Origin: Candidatus Omnitrophota bacterium
Lineage (GTDB): Bacteria; Omnitrophota; Gorgyraeia; Tantalellales; Tantalellaceae
NCBI GenBank assembly: GCA_049643885.1
Contig: JBARQV010000015.1
Span: 11,430 to 75,429, forward strand
DNA length: 64,000 nucleotides
Direction of reading: 5' to 3'
Part shown: positions 39,246-47,777 of the stretch, in pieces
How positions within the stretch are numbered: the stretch's first letter is position 1
Layout: the number at the start of each line of letters is the position of its first letter
Made by a program: the position numbers and the translations under genes
The notes under the pieces: model-generated
Told to the model about the DNA's origin: nothing
What the model saw: only the letters and a program-made list of their open reading frames with translations
Database searches by the model: none

Positions 39246-39344
39246 TGGGTGGCGCGACAGTGTCCGAGCACCGCACAAGCCAGCGGCGCGGAGGCGCGCA
39301 GGACACTGAGCGATAGGACCCGCACACTGGATTGTGGATAATGG
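39246..39344 (+). repeat. Repeat family D, copy 1 (GGTGGCGCGACAGTGTCCGAGC...CAGGACACTGAGCGATAGGACCCGCACACTGGATTGTGGATAATGG)
   Basis: Shares its 5' and 3' blocks with the copy upstream of panC. Internal CAGTGTCC/GGACACTG inverted repeat. Confidence 0.75.
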
Positions 39345-39363
39345 ATGTTGGAGGAGGAGATAC

Positions 39364-40533
39364 ATGCAAATAGATTTTGCGGAGCGTTTGAAAAAGTTAC
39401 CCCCATATCTTTTCGAGGAGATCGACAAAGCGAAACAGAAGGCCGTGGATGAGGGCCGTCCGGTTATAGACCTTGGTGTCGGTGACCCGGACAAGCCTAC
39501 TCCGGATTTCATAATAAAGAAGCTGCACAAGGCCAGCCTTGACCCTTCAACTCATAATTACGCCTTGAATAAAGGGCTGAGAAGCCTGCGTGAAGCTATG
39601 GCCTCTTGGTATAGATCACGTTTTGGTATAGATCTTGATCCGGATACGGAAGTCCTTCCTCTTCTGGGTTCGAAAGAGGGGATAGCGCATATACCTCTGG
39701 CTTTTATAAATCCGGACGACGAAGTGCTTATACCCGATCCGGGGTACCCTCCTTATAATTCAGGCTCGATCTTTGCGGGGGCGAAAGTCCACCGCATGCC
39801 CCTTCTGGCGGAGAACGCGTTTCTCCCGGACCTGGAAAGTATAGACGCGGGAACGGCCGGCAGGTGTAAACTCATGCATATAAATTATCCTAACAATCCT
39901 ACCGGAGCCGTATGCGACAAGGGTTTTTATGAAAAAGTCGCGGCGTTCGCCGAGAAGTATGGTATCATCGTGTGTTCGGACGCGGCTTATACCGAGATGA
40001 GCTATGATAATTATTCTCCTCCCAGCTTTCTTGAAGTGCCGGGCGCGAAGGAAGTAGGGATCGAATTTCATTCTCTTTCAAAGACTTTCAACATGACTGG
40101 ATGGAGAGTAGGCATGGCGGTAGGCAACGCGAAAGTCCTGGAGGGGCTTGCGAAAGTCAAATCTAACATAGATTCAGGGATATTTACCGCTATCCAGCTG
40201 GCTTCAATAGAAGCTTTAGATCACGCGAAGAAAGTGAAGAAAGAGTTGAACCAGATGTACAGGGACAGGCGCGACACGCTTGTCGACGGGCTGAATAAAG
40301 CCGGGTGGAAAGTACAGAAACCCCTGGCCACGTTTTATATATGGGCGCCTGTCTTCGGGGGGTACGATTCGACCGGTCTGGCCAAAGCCCTGATGGAAAA
40401 GGCGGACATCGTTGTTACTCCCGGGGTCGGTTTCGGCCAGCACGGGGAAGGTTATGTGCGGATGGCGATAACAAGAGACAAATCGAAGCTGGAAGAAGCT
40501 GTCCGGCGTATAAAGAAAGCGTTTTTCAGCTGA
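39364..40533 (+). CDS. dapL: Class-I PLP aminotransferase, probably LL-diaminopimelate aminotransferase
   Basis: RLKKLPPYLFEEID N-terminus. The PLP lysine region SLSKTFNMTGWRVG. Context: dapF, dapA and dapB are adjacent and there is no dapD/dapE. RBS GGAGGAGG. Confidence 0.6.
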   Translation: MQIDFAERLKKLPPYLFEEIDKAKQKAVDEGRPVIDLGVGDPDKPTPDFIIKKLHKASLDPSTHNYALNKGLRSLREAMASWYRSRFGIDLDPDTEVLPLLGSKEGIAHIPLAFINPDDEVLIPDPGYPPYNSGSIFAGAKVHRMPLLAENAFLPDLESIDAGTAGRCKLMHINYPNNPTGAVCDKGFYEKVAAFAEKYGIIVCSDAAYTEMSYDNYSPPSFLEVPGAKEVGIEFHSLSKTFNMTGWRVGMAVGNAKVLEGLAKVKSNIDSGIFTAIQLASIEALDHAKKVKKELNQMYRDRRDTLVDGLNKAGWKVQKPLATFYIWAPVFGGYDSTGLAKALMEKADIVVTPGVGFGQHGEGYVRMAITRDKSKLEEAVRRIKKAFFS

Positions 40534-40535
40534 AA

Positions 40536-41015
40536 ATGGCGATCATCTTTGCAGGTATAGGGTCGAATATCGGCGACAAAAAGGCTAACCTTGATGAAGC
40601 GATAAAACGGTTAGAGGAGGAAGAAGAGATAAGGATCACGGCAAAATCCTCCTTTTACGAGACCCGCCCTGTCGGCGGTCCGCGGCAGGAAGACTACTTG
40701 AACGGTGTGATAAAGATCGAAACCTCTCTTTCCCCTGAAAGCTGCCTCGTCGTGTTCAAGGCAATAGAAAAAGATATGGGCCGTGTCCCGGCCGGCCGCA
40801 GCCACCCGAGGGCAATAGACCTTGATATCTTGTTCTATGAAGACCTGGTAATGGAAACCGGTGAGCTTGCGATCCCCCACCCGCGGCTGCAGGAAAGATA
40901 TTTTGTTCTGCGTGGGCTTGCCGAGATAGCACCGGACGCTGTGCACCCGGTGTTGGGGAAGACGGTGAGGGAATTGTACGAGGGGATATTGGATAATGGA
41001 GTTAGTAGTTTGTAG
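40536..41015 (+). CDS. folK: 2-amino-4-hydroxy-6-hydroxymethyldihydropteridine pyrophosphokinase
   Basis: MAIIFAGIGSNIGD; YETRPVGGP; RAIDLDIL. 159 aa. The track's 40305 ORF is an upstream read-through in the same frame. Confidence 0.85.
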   Translation: MAIIFAGIGSNIGDKKANLDEAIKRLEEEEEIRITAKSSFYETRPVGGPRQEDYLNGVIKIETSLSPESCLVVFKAIEKDMGRVPAGRSHPRAIDLDILFYEDLVMETGELAIPHPRLQERYFVLRGLAEIAPDAVHPVLGKTVRELYEGILDNGVSSL

Positions 41016-41040
41016 TTAGATTCGTGGGGGGCAGGTGGTG

Positions 41041-41245
41041 CGACAGTGTCCGAATAGAGTTCAAAGCAGTTTGCGGTGTAAAAGCATAGTGCAGTATGTC
41101 CCCATACAGGGAGGATCCACACCGGGCGGAGGGGCCCTGGCAGGGAACATACTGCACTGTACAGCTTGCACCCGGGCACAGCACAAATGAAATGTGGATG
41201 CGCTCAGGATACTGAGCGACAGGATCCGCACACTGGATGTTGGAT
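41041..41245 (+). repeat. Repeat family D, copy 2, carrying a nested ~110-bp hairpin insertion (AGTGCAGTATGTCCCC...GGGAACATACTGCACT)
   Basis: The blocks GGTGGTGCGACAGTGTCCGA and CAGGATACTGAGCGACAGGATCCGCACACTGGATGTTGGATATG match copy 1. The 3' block overlaps the panC start. Confidence 0.75.
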
Positions 41246-42094
41246 ATGAGAGTGATAACGAAGATAGATGACATGAAGAGATACTCGCGGGAAGCGAGAA
41301 AAGAGGGCAAGTCGATAGGTCTTGTGCCTACCATGGGTTTCCTGCACGAAGGGCACATGAGCCTGGTAAGGGCGGCTGGTGAGGAGTGCGATGTAGTTGT
41401 GCTGAGCATTTTCGTCAACCCCGTCCAGTTCGGTCCTGACGAGGATTATAAAAAGTACCCCCGCGATATGGAAAGGGATAAAAAGATAGCCGAAGAGACA
41501 GGAGTGGATCGCATTTTCGCTCCGGGAGTTGATGAGATGTATCCGGACGGATACGCGACGTATGTCGAGCCTGAAGGTCACATGGCTTCTATCCTTTGCG
41601 GGAAGTCCCGCCCGGGGCATTTTAAGGGGGTGGATACCGTTGTGGCCAAGCTTTTCAATATCGTGTCACCGGGCAAAAGTTACTTTGGACAGAAAGACGC
41701 TCAACAGGCGGTGATCATCAGGCAGATGGTGAAGGACCTGAACATGAACACCGAAATACGGGTGATGCCGATAGTGCGGGAAGATGACGGCCTGGCTGCC
41801 AGTTCGCGTAATGCCTATCTTACCGGAGATGAAAGACGTCAGGCTCTCAGGTTGTATAATTCTCTAAAAAAAGCAGAGAAGCTGGTTGCTGAAGGTGAAC
41901 TTTTGGCAGGGAAGATCAAAAAAGAAATAGAAAAGGTCCTGGTAGAAGGGGAAGATATAAGGATCGATTATATCGAAGTCGTCGATGCGGAAACGTTAGA
42001 ACCGGTCGAGAATGTGAGAGATAACGCATTAGTGGCCGTGGCAGCTTTTGTCGGGAACACAAGGTTGATCGATAACACAGTGGTAAGGATATAA
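41237..42094 (+). CDS. panC: Pantoate--beta-alanine ligase
   Basis: [15 protein letters not shown] (HIGH motif); the start may instead be ATG 41246. Confidence 0.9.
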   Translation: MLDMRVITKIDDMKRYSREARKEGKSIGLVPTMGFLHEGHMSLVRAAGEECDVVVLSIFVNPVQFGPDEDYKKYPRDMERDKKIAEETGVDRIFAPGVDEMYPDGYATYVEPEGHMASILCGKSRPGHFKGVDTVVAKLFNIVSPGKSYFGQKDAQQAVIIRQMVKDLNMNTEIRVMPIVREDDGLAASSRNAYLTGDERRQALRLYNSLKKAEKLVAEGELLAGKIKKEIEKVLVEGEDIRIDYIEVVDAETLEPVENVRDNALVAVAAFVGNTRLIDNTVVRI

Positions 42095-42096
42095 TT

Positions 42097-43044
42097 ATGA
42101 AACCTGTACAATTTGACGCGAAATATAAAGAACACCTGCAGCGAAAGATAGCGGATCTGAGAGAAGAAAAGGACGCGCTGATCGTGGCCCACAACTACCA
42201 GCGCGACGAGATCCAGGAGATAGCCGACATCACCGGCGATTCTTATGCCCTGGCTCGCGAGGTCACTAAATCCAGGCATAAAGTCGTTGTCTTTTGCGGG
42301 GTGAAATTCATGGCTGAAAGCGCTTCCATCCTCAACCCGGAAAAGACCATACTGCTCCCGGTCGAGGAAGCGGGATGCCCCCTGGCAGAGATGGCCACCG
42401 TGGAAAAGCTCCGGCAGAAAAAAGAAGAATATCCGGAAGCAGCAGTGGTGTGTTACGTGAACTCCACGGCAGCGGTCAAAGCGGAAAGCGATATATGCTG
42501 CACTTCTTCAAATGCCATCGAGATCGTGAGATCCCTCAAGGAAGACAAGATCATATTTGTCCCGGACAAGAACCTCGGCCGCTATGTCAGGGAACGCGTG
42601 CCGGAGAAGGAGATCATACCGTGGGAGGGATACTGCGTCGTGCACATGAGACTGACCAGGGAAGAGGTCCTGAAGACGAAAGAACTCCATCCCGAAGCCG
42701 AGTTCATAGCTCATCCGGAATGCCGGAAAGAGGTGCTGGAACTGGCGGATTACATAGGGAGCACCGCCGGCATGATAAAGTACGTCAGGGAATGCCCCAG
42801 GAGCGAATTCATCATAGGGACCGAGACGGGCATTATTTATAAATTGAAAAGAGATAACCCCGACAAGAAATTTTACATACCCACGGAACAATTCGTGTGC
42901 GCCAACATGAAGCTTACGACGCTGGGCTGGCTGGCGAGGTCCCTCGAACAGATGGTCTACAAAATAGAGGTCCCTGAAGAGATCGCCGCAAAGGCCCGCG
43001 GGACATTGGAACGGATGCTGGAAGTGATGGAGAGTAAAAAATGA
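42097..43044 (+). CDS. nadA: Quinolinate synthase A
   Basis: Three-fold repeat with Cys ligands; IVAHNYQ. Confidence 0.9.
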   Translation: MKPVQFDAKYKEHLQRKIADLREEKDALIVAHNYQRDEIQEIADITGDSYALAREVTKSRHKVVVFCGVKFMAESASILNPEKTILLPVEEAGCPLAEMATVEKLRQKKEEYPEAAVVCYVNSTAAVKAESDICCTSSNAIEIVRSLKEDKIIFVPDKNLGRYVRERVPEKEIIPWEGYCVVHMRLTREEVLKTKELHPEAEFIAHPECRKEVLELADYIGSTAGMIKYVRECPRSEFIIGTETGIIYKLKRDNPDKKFYIPTEQFVCANMKLTTLGWLARSLEQMVYKIEVPEEIAAKARGTLERMLEVMESKK

Positions 43045-43853
43045 AAAGGAAGACGATAGGGATCATAGGTTGCGGAGTAATAGGTTCGGCGCTTGCCGAG
43101 GACGCGGATAAAAACCTCAAGGACCACATAGAAAGGATCGTCCTTTTCGACGTGGATCCGCAGAAAAGCAGCACGCTTGTCCGGGGTCTTTCAGGCGCAG
43201 TAGTAGTCAGCGGCATCGACGAATTAGTGGCGGAGTCGGATCTTGTAATAGAAGCGGCCACACCCAAGGTTGTTGAGGAGATTCTCAAGGGTGCCATCTC
43301 CAGCAGCAAAGACGCGATGATAATGAGCGTGGGCGGGATCCTGGGCAATGAAGGACTTCTCTATGACGCCAGCGAGCGCGGGATCCGGATACTTGTTCCC
43401 TCAGGCGCGATAGCCGGGATAGACGCGGTGAACGCTGCCAAACAAGCAGGGATAGAGAGCGCGACGATCATTACCCGCAAACCTCCCGCGTCCATAAAAG
43501 GTGCACCTTATCTTTCGGAAAATAATATTGATGTTGATAACATAAAGGAAGAGACAGTCGTTTTCGAAGGTGACGCATTGGACGCGATAAAGGGTTTTCC
43601 CAAGAATATAAATGTTTCGGCTCTTCTTTCGATCGCCGGCATAGGCCCTGAAAAGACCAGGGTGAAGATAGTCATCTCTCCCGATTATACACGCAACACG
43701 CACGAAATAGAGATCAGGGGGAAGGCTGGGACCATCATGACCCGCACGGAGAATGTTCCATCGCCCGCCAATCCCAAAACCAGTTATCTCGCGGTACTTT
43801 CCGCCATAGCCTCGCTCAGAGGTTACTTCGATTCCGTACGCATCGGGACGTAG
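43041..43853 (+). CDS. nadX: L-aspartate dehydrogenase
   Basis: IGIIGCGVIGSALAE Rossmann motif. Thermotoga TM1643-type architecture. No nadB in the window. Confidence 0.8.
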   Translation: MKRKTIGIIGCGVIGSALAEDADKNLKDHIERIVLFDVDPQKSSTLVRGLSGAVVVSGIDELVAESDLVIEAATPKVVEEILKGAISSSKDAMIMSVGGILGNEGLLYDASERGIRILVPSGAIAGIDAVNAAKQAGIESATIITRKPPASIKGAPYLSENNIDVDNIKEETVVFEGDALDAIKGFPKNINVSALLSIAGIGPEKTRVKIVISPDYTRNTHEIEIRGKAGTIMTRTENVPSPANPKTSYLAVLSAIASLRGYFDSVRIGT

Positions 43854-43913
43854 TCATCAGAATTGCTTTCTGCAAAAACAACAAAATCCTTCTGTTTACC
43901 TTAAATGTCTTTC

Positions 43914-44349
43914 CGGCGAATATATGCCTTTCGTCCCGACAAAAATTCTTAACGCTTTTCGGAACATTTTAAACTGACATGGCAAAACTCGCCCCTCGTT
44001 ACAGGAATACTCGGGGCTCGGACAGTTGCCATGCCTACGCATGTTTAATAGCCATGACAACTTCAGCTTAAAATGCCCGGGAAAAGCTAAATTTTTGCAA
44101 TGGTCCGTCAGGCATATATTCACCGGCAGTGACATTTGCTATATCTACCAGCAAAAACAATAAAGTCAAAGGGACCCATTTCCAAATTTTAGGTATTTTT
44201 ATAACTTTCGAAGGGAAAAAGCGTAAAAGCCTGTTTGAGCCCCCGTCGCTTTGCGAAGCAAAACGACGGGGGCGAGTTCTTTTACGCCCTTTGAAAGTTA
44301 GAAAAATACCGTTAAAAAATTTGGTTGGGAAAGATTTTATTGTTTTTGC
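43914..44349 (-). repeat. Composite structured repeat, copy C (inverted orientation): core 43914-44126, near-perfect ~200-bp palindrome 44150-44349
   Basis: Reverse complement aligns with copies A and B. Central hairpin CCCCCGTCG-ctttgcgaagcaaaa-CGACGGGGG. Confidence 0.85.
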
Positions 44350-44400
44350 AGAGTTATTCATTCTGACACTGTATGCTTTCCGACATGTCCCTGATACCCC

Positions 44401-44429
44401 TTGACATAATACGTCCTTCATGCTAATTT
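44401..44429 (+). promoter_or_regulatory. Promoter TTGACA-N17-(TGc)TAATTT upstream of the Na/Pi cotransporter gene
   Basis: Preceded by GATACCCCTTGACAT, a motif shared with the promoter at 46502. Confidence 0.45.
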
Positions 44430-44480
44430 ATGCCTGACATTTCTTGTCGCAAAAATAAAAATTAATAAAATATAAATATC

Positions 44481-46169
44481 ATGCAGATCGCGTTAATGCT
44501 AATAGGTGGCGTAGGATTGTTTTTCTTCGGCATGCAGATCATGTCTGATGGGCTGAAGAATATTGCCGGCGACCGCCTTAAAAATATCCTTCGCGCGGTC
44601 ACAAAACTGCCTATTATCGGTATCCTTGCAGGAGCCGGGATCACGTGTCTTATCCAGTCTTCCAGCGCGACGACCGTCATGGTCGTCGGGTTCGTTAATG
44701 CCGGTCTCTTGGCCTTGAAACAGGCCATAAGCGTTGTAATGGGGGCGAATATCGGAACAACGTTTACCGCCTGGCTTGTTTCTTCCATGGCTGTTTTCAG
44801 GATCACCAATTATGCTCTTCCCGCCATAGGTATCGGTTTCGCCATTAAAACTTTCGGTAGGACAAAAAACGCAAAATACTGGGGCACAGCGCTCATGGGT
44901 TTTGGTCTTCTTTTTCTGGGGCTGGGATTCATGAAAGAAGCCTTTGATCCGCTGAAAGAAAGCCAGCAGGTCAAGGATATGTTCGCTGCCTTCAGCAGAA
45001 ATCCCATGCTTGGGGTGTTGGTGGGCATGCTTATTACCATGTTGATCCAGAGCTCCAGCGCCACTATAGCCATCGTCCAGGTCATGGCTTTTAACGGCAT
45101 TATAAGTTTTCCAGCCGCGATCCCGTTGATGCTAGGGGATGATATAGGGACGACCATTACCGCGCAGTTGGCAGCTGTGGGGACGACACTGCCGGCAAGG
45201 CGGGCGGCGATGTCACATACTTTGTTTAATGTCATAGGTGTATCCTATATGTTGGTATTTGTCTATAACGGGTGGTTTGTAAAAGCGATAGATTTTATTA
45301 TCCCCGGCGAGGTGACGCTTAAAAACGTCATGTTTCACATCGCCGTCGCTAACAGTGTTTTTAAGATTTTCAATGTTTGTCTTTTTCTCCCCTTTATCGG
45401 GGTCCTGGAAAAATTGAGCATCATGCTGGTCCCGAGAAGAAAAGGGGCTATCGAACTGGGTCCCCGGTATCTGGAAAAGCATCTTTTGAATACTCCGCCC
45501 ATCGCCCTGGGACAGGCGCGCAAAGAAATGGTCCGCATGCTCGGCTTGGCCAATAAATCAGTAGGGATCACCGTGAAGAGTTTTCTGGAAAACGATCTAA
45601 GTACGGTAAAACCCGTGCTTAAAATGGAGCAGGCGGTCGATAATCTGCAGTCGGAGATAACCCAGTATCTGATAGAACTTTCACAGAGAAATCTTACTCA
45701 GGAAGAATCCGAAGAACTTCCGGTGCTGATCCACAGCGTGAACGACATTGAAAGGATAGGCGACCATTCCGAAAATATCTTTGAGCTCAGCGAACGTAAA
45801 ATAGAGAGAAGGCTGACGCTTCCGGAGAATGCCATCAGAGAGCTGAATCTGATGTGGAATGAACTTAATAGCATGATGATCGAGACCGAAGAAGCCCTGA
45901 GTAAGAATGATACCCAGCGGGCCGAAAGCGTTATCATGAGGGAACAGAAAATAAACCATTTACAGATCGAGCTTAAGCGATCTCATGCGAATCGTTTAAA
46001 TAACAACGAGTGCGGACTCAAGGCCGGCATAATGTTCATGGATATGGTCGATAACATGGAGAAGATAGGGGATCATCTCACCAATATCGCTGAAGGCGTC
46101 ATTGGCGGCATGCGGTGGACCTACAAGGGTGAGCCCCGTGTACCCCTCGAGAACGCTCCAGCCACCTGA
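44481..46169 (+). CDS. Na+/phosphate cotransporter family protein with C-terminal PhoU-like repeats
   Basis: Duplicated QSSSAT(T/I) motifs of the Na_Pi_cotrans family; C-terminal helical PhoU-like region. Confidence 0.85.
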   Translation: MQIALMLIGGVGLFFFGMQIMSDGLKNIAGDRLKNILRAVTKLPIIGILAGAGITCLIQSSSATTVMVVGFVNAGLLALKQAISVVMGANIGTTFTAWLVSSMAVFRITNYALPAIGIGFAIKTFGRTKNAKYWGTALMGFGLLFLGLGFMKEAFDPLKESQQVKDMFAAFSRNPMLGVLVGMLITMLIQSSSATIAIVQVMAFNGIISFPAAIPLMLGDDIGTTITAQLAAVGTTLPARRAAMSHTLFNVIGVSYMLVFVYNGWFVKAIDFIIPGEVTLKNVMFHIAVANSVFKIFNVCLFLPFIGVLEKLSIMLVPRRKGAIELGPRYLEKHLLNTPPIALGQARKEMVRMLGLANKSVGITVKSFLENDLSTVKPVLKMEQAVDNLQSEITQYLIELSQRNLTQEESEELPVLIHSVNDIERIGDHSENIFELSERKIERRLTLPENAIRELNLMWNELNSMMIETEEALSKNDTQRAESVIMREQKINHLQIELKRSHANRLNNNECGLKAGIMFMDMVDNMEKIGDHLTNIAEGVIGGMRWTYKGEPRVPLENAPAT

Positions 46170-46290
46170 TCAACAGACTTCAGACAGTTTTTTATTGCCT
46201 GACCTGCTCCTACCAGGGACGTTCTATCCGGAACAATACAGACATTTTAAATGTTCATTAGATGCTTGATCTATCTGAATGTTGAAATGG

Positions 46291-46380
46291 CCCGGGGTGT
46301 ATTCCGTGCTCAGACAGTCCAAAAAAAGCGACCTAAAATCGCTTTTTTTTGGAAACTCGCACTGAACACACCCCCGGGCC
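46291..46380. terminator. Bidirectional A7-GCGA-loop-TCGC-T8 terminator nested inside a ~30-bp imperfect GC-rich hairpin
   Basis: GGCCCGGGGTGTATTCCGTGC...AAAAAAAGCGACCTAAAATCGCTTTTTTTT...GCACTGAACACACCCCCGGGCC. Confidence 0.6.
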
Positions 46381-46501
46381 TTTTCATGGCTTAATCAGGT
46401 CAAACATCTGGGTGAAGTAAGTTTGAATTTTTAACTTTATTTTTTTAATTTACAATGGACGACCGACAACCGACAAAATACGACATTCCCTTGATACCCC
46501 T

Positions 46502-46530
46502 TGACATTTTCAGTACCCTTTAGTATCATA
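46502..46530 (+). promoter_or_regulatory. Promoter TTGACA-N17-TATCAT upstream of the IMPDH-family gene
   Basis: Read directly. Preceded by the ACGACCGACAACCGACAAAATACGA motif at 46460-46484. Confidence 0.55.
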
Positions 46531-46578
46531 CCTTAAATATTTTAGATAGTTTAATTATATATACTTACGGAGGATATC

Positions 46579-47739
46579 ATGGGGATGTGGATGGGCATAG
46601 GACGCAAGGCGCGGAGAAGTTATGGATTTGACGAAGTCGCGCTCGTTCCCGGGACGCTTACGATCGATCCGGTTGGTGTCGATACTTCATGCGAGATAGG
46701 GGGGATAAAGTTCCAGGTGCCCATAATGGCCTCCTCCATGGACGGCGTTGTAGACGTGAATTTCTCCATCGCCATGGGCAAGCTTGGCGGCCTGGCCGTT
46801 CTTCACCTGGAAGGCGTTTCGACCCGTTATGAAGATCCAGCGGAAGCGATCGAGGAGATCGTGAACTGCGACCCAGAAAAATCTACTGAAGTCATCCAGG
46901 AAGTATATTCCAAACCCATCAAAAAAGACCTGATCGCCAAAAGGATCAGCGAGATCAAAGCCGCGAAAGTCCCGGCCGTGGTTAGCTGCAATCCCCAGGT
47001 AGCGGGTGAGTTCGGTCCCATTGCCAGGGACGCCGGGTGTGATATCTTCATCATCCAGTCCACGGTGATAAGTGTCGACCATGAATCCACAAAATATAAA
47101 CCCCTGGACCTGTATAAATTCTGTAAAGATATGAAAATACCCGTTCTTCTGGGGAACTGTGTCGGTTACAAGGCATGCCTGGAGCTTATGAAGACCGGTT
47201 GCCAGGGAATATTCGTGGGCATCGGTCCGGGCACGGCCTGCACATCACGCGGCGTATTGGGGATAGGTGTTCCGCAGATCACTGCTACCTGCGACTGTGC
47301 GGCCGCGAGAGATTTCTATTACAAGAAGACCGGAAGATACGTCCCGATCTTCACGGACGGCGGTATGGCCAACGGCGGCGATATCTGCAAGGCTTTCGCC
47401 GCGGGCGCCGATGCGGTGATGCTCGGCAATGCTTTTGCCAAGGCCAAGGAATCCCCAGGGAAAGGTTACCACTGGGGGATGGCGATGCCGCACCGTTATC
47501 TTCCTAGGGGGACGCGGATAAAAGTAGGTACGACCGGGACCCTGGAGGAGATCCTGTTCGGTCCGGCGCGGACCGACGACGGCACACAGAACCTGATGGG
47601 CGCCCTTTCTACAAGCATGGGTAATCTCGGAGCGCGTAATATCAAAGAGATGCAGCTCGTTGATATAATCATAGCCCCCTCTATCCAGACCGAGGGCAAG
47701 GTCTATCAGTCCGCCCAGCGTGTCGGTATGAGAAAATAA
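46579..47739 (+). CDS. IMP dehydrogenase/GMP reductase family protein lacking the CBS pair
   Basis: TIM-barrel with the catalytic loop GIGPGTACTSRGVLGIGVPQ. 386 aa. Confidence 0.65.
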   Translation: MGMWMGIGRKARRSYGFDEVALVPGTLTIDPVGVDTSCEIGGIKFQVPIMASSMDGVVDVNFSIAMGKLGGLAVLHLEGVSTRYEDPAEAIEEIVNCDPEKSTEVIQEVYSKPIKKDLIAKRISEIKAAKVPAVVSCNPQVAGEFGPIARDAGCDIFIIQSTVISVDHESTKYKPLDLYKFCKDMKIPVLLGNCVGYKACLELMKTGCQGIFVGIGPGTACTSRGVLGIGVPQITATCDCAAARDFYYKKTGRYVPIFTDGGMANGGDICKAFAAGADAVMLGNAFAKAKESPGKGYHWGMAMPHRYLPRGTRIKVGTTGTLEEILFGPARTDDGTQNLMGALSTSMGNLGARNIKEMQLVDIIIAPSIQTEGKVYQSAQRVGMRK

Positions 47740-47777
47740 AACACTGCTTTTTTACTTCTATTTCTGCCGCATTTACT

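Noticed and set aside
39246-39344. Lysine riboswitch (L-box) upstream of dapL
   Set aside because: The same sequence blocks recur upstream of panC, which is not a lysine-pathway gene. The element lacks the multi-helix L-box size (~180 nt with five stems). It is classified instead as repeat family D.
40305-40535. N-terminal extension of the folK ORF (track start 40305), which would overlap the dapL 3' end
   Set aside because: The extension is in a frame overlapping dapL and has an Arg/Gly-rich nonsense composition. The conserved HPPK N-terminus (MAIIFAGIGSNIGD) starts at ATG 40536, three nt after the dapL stop.
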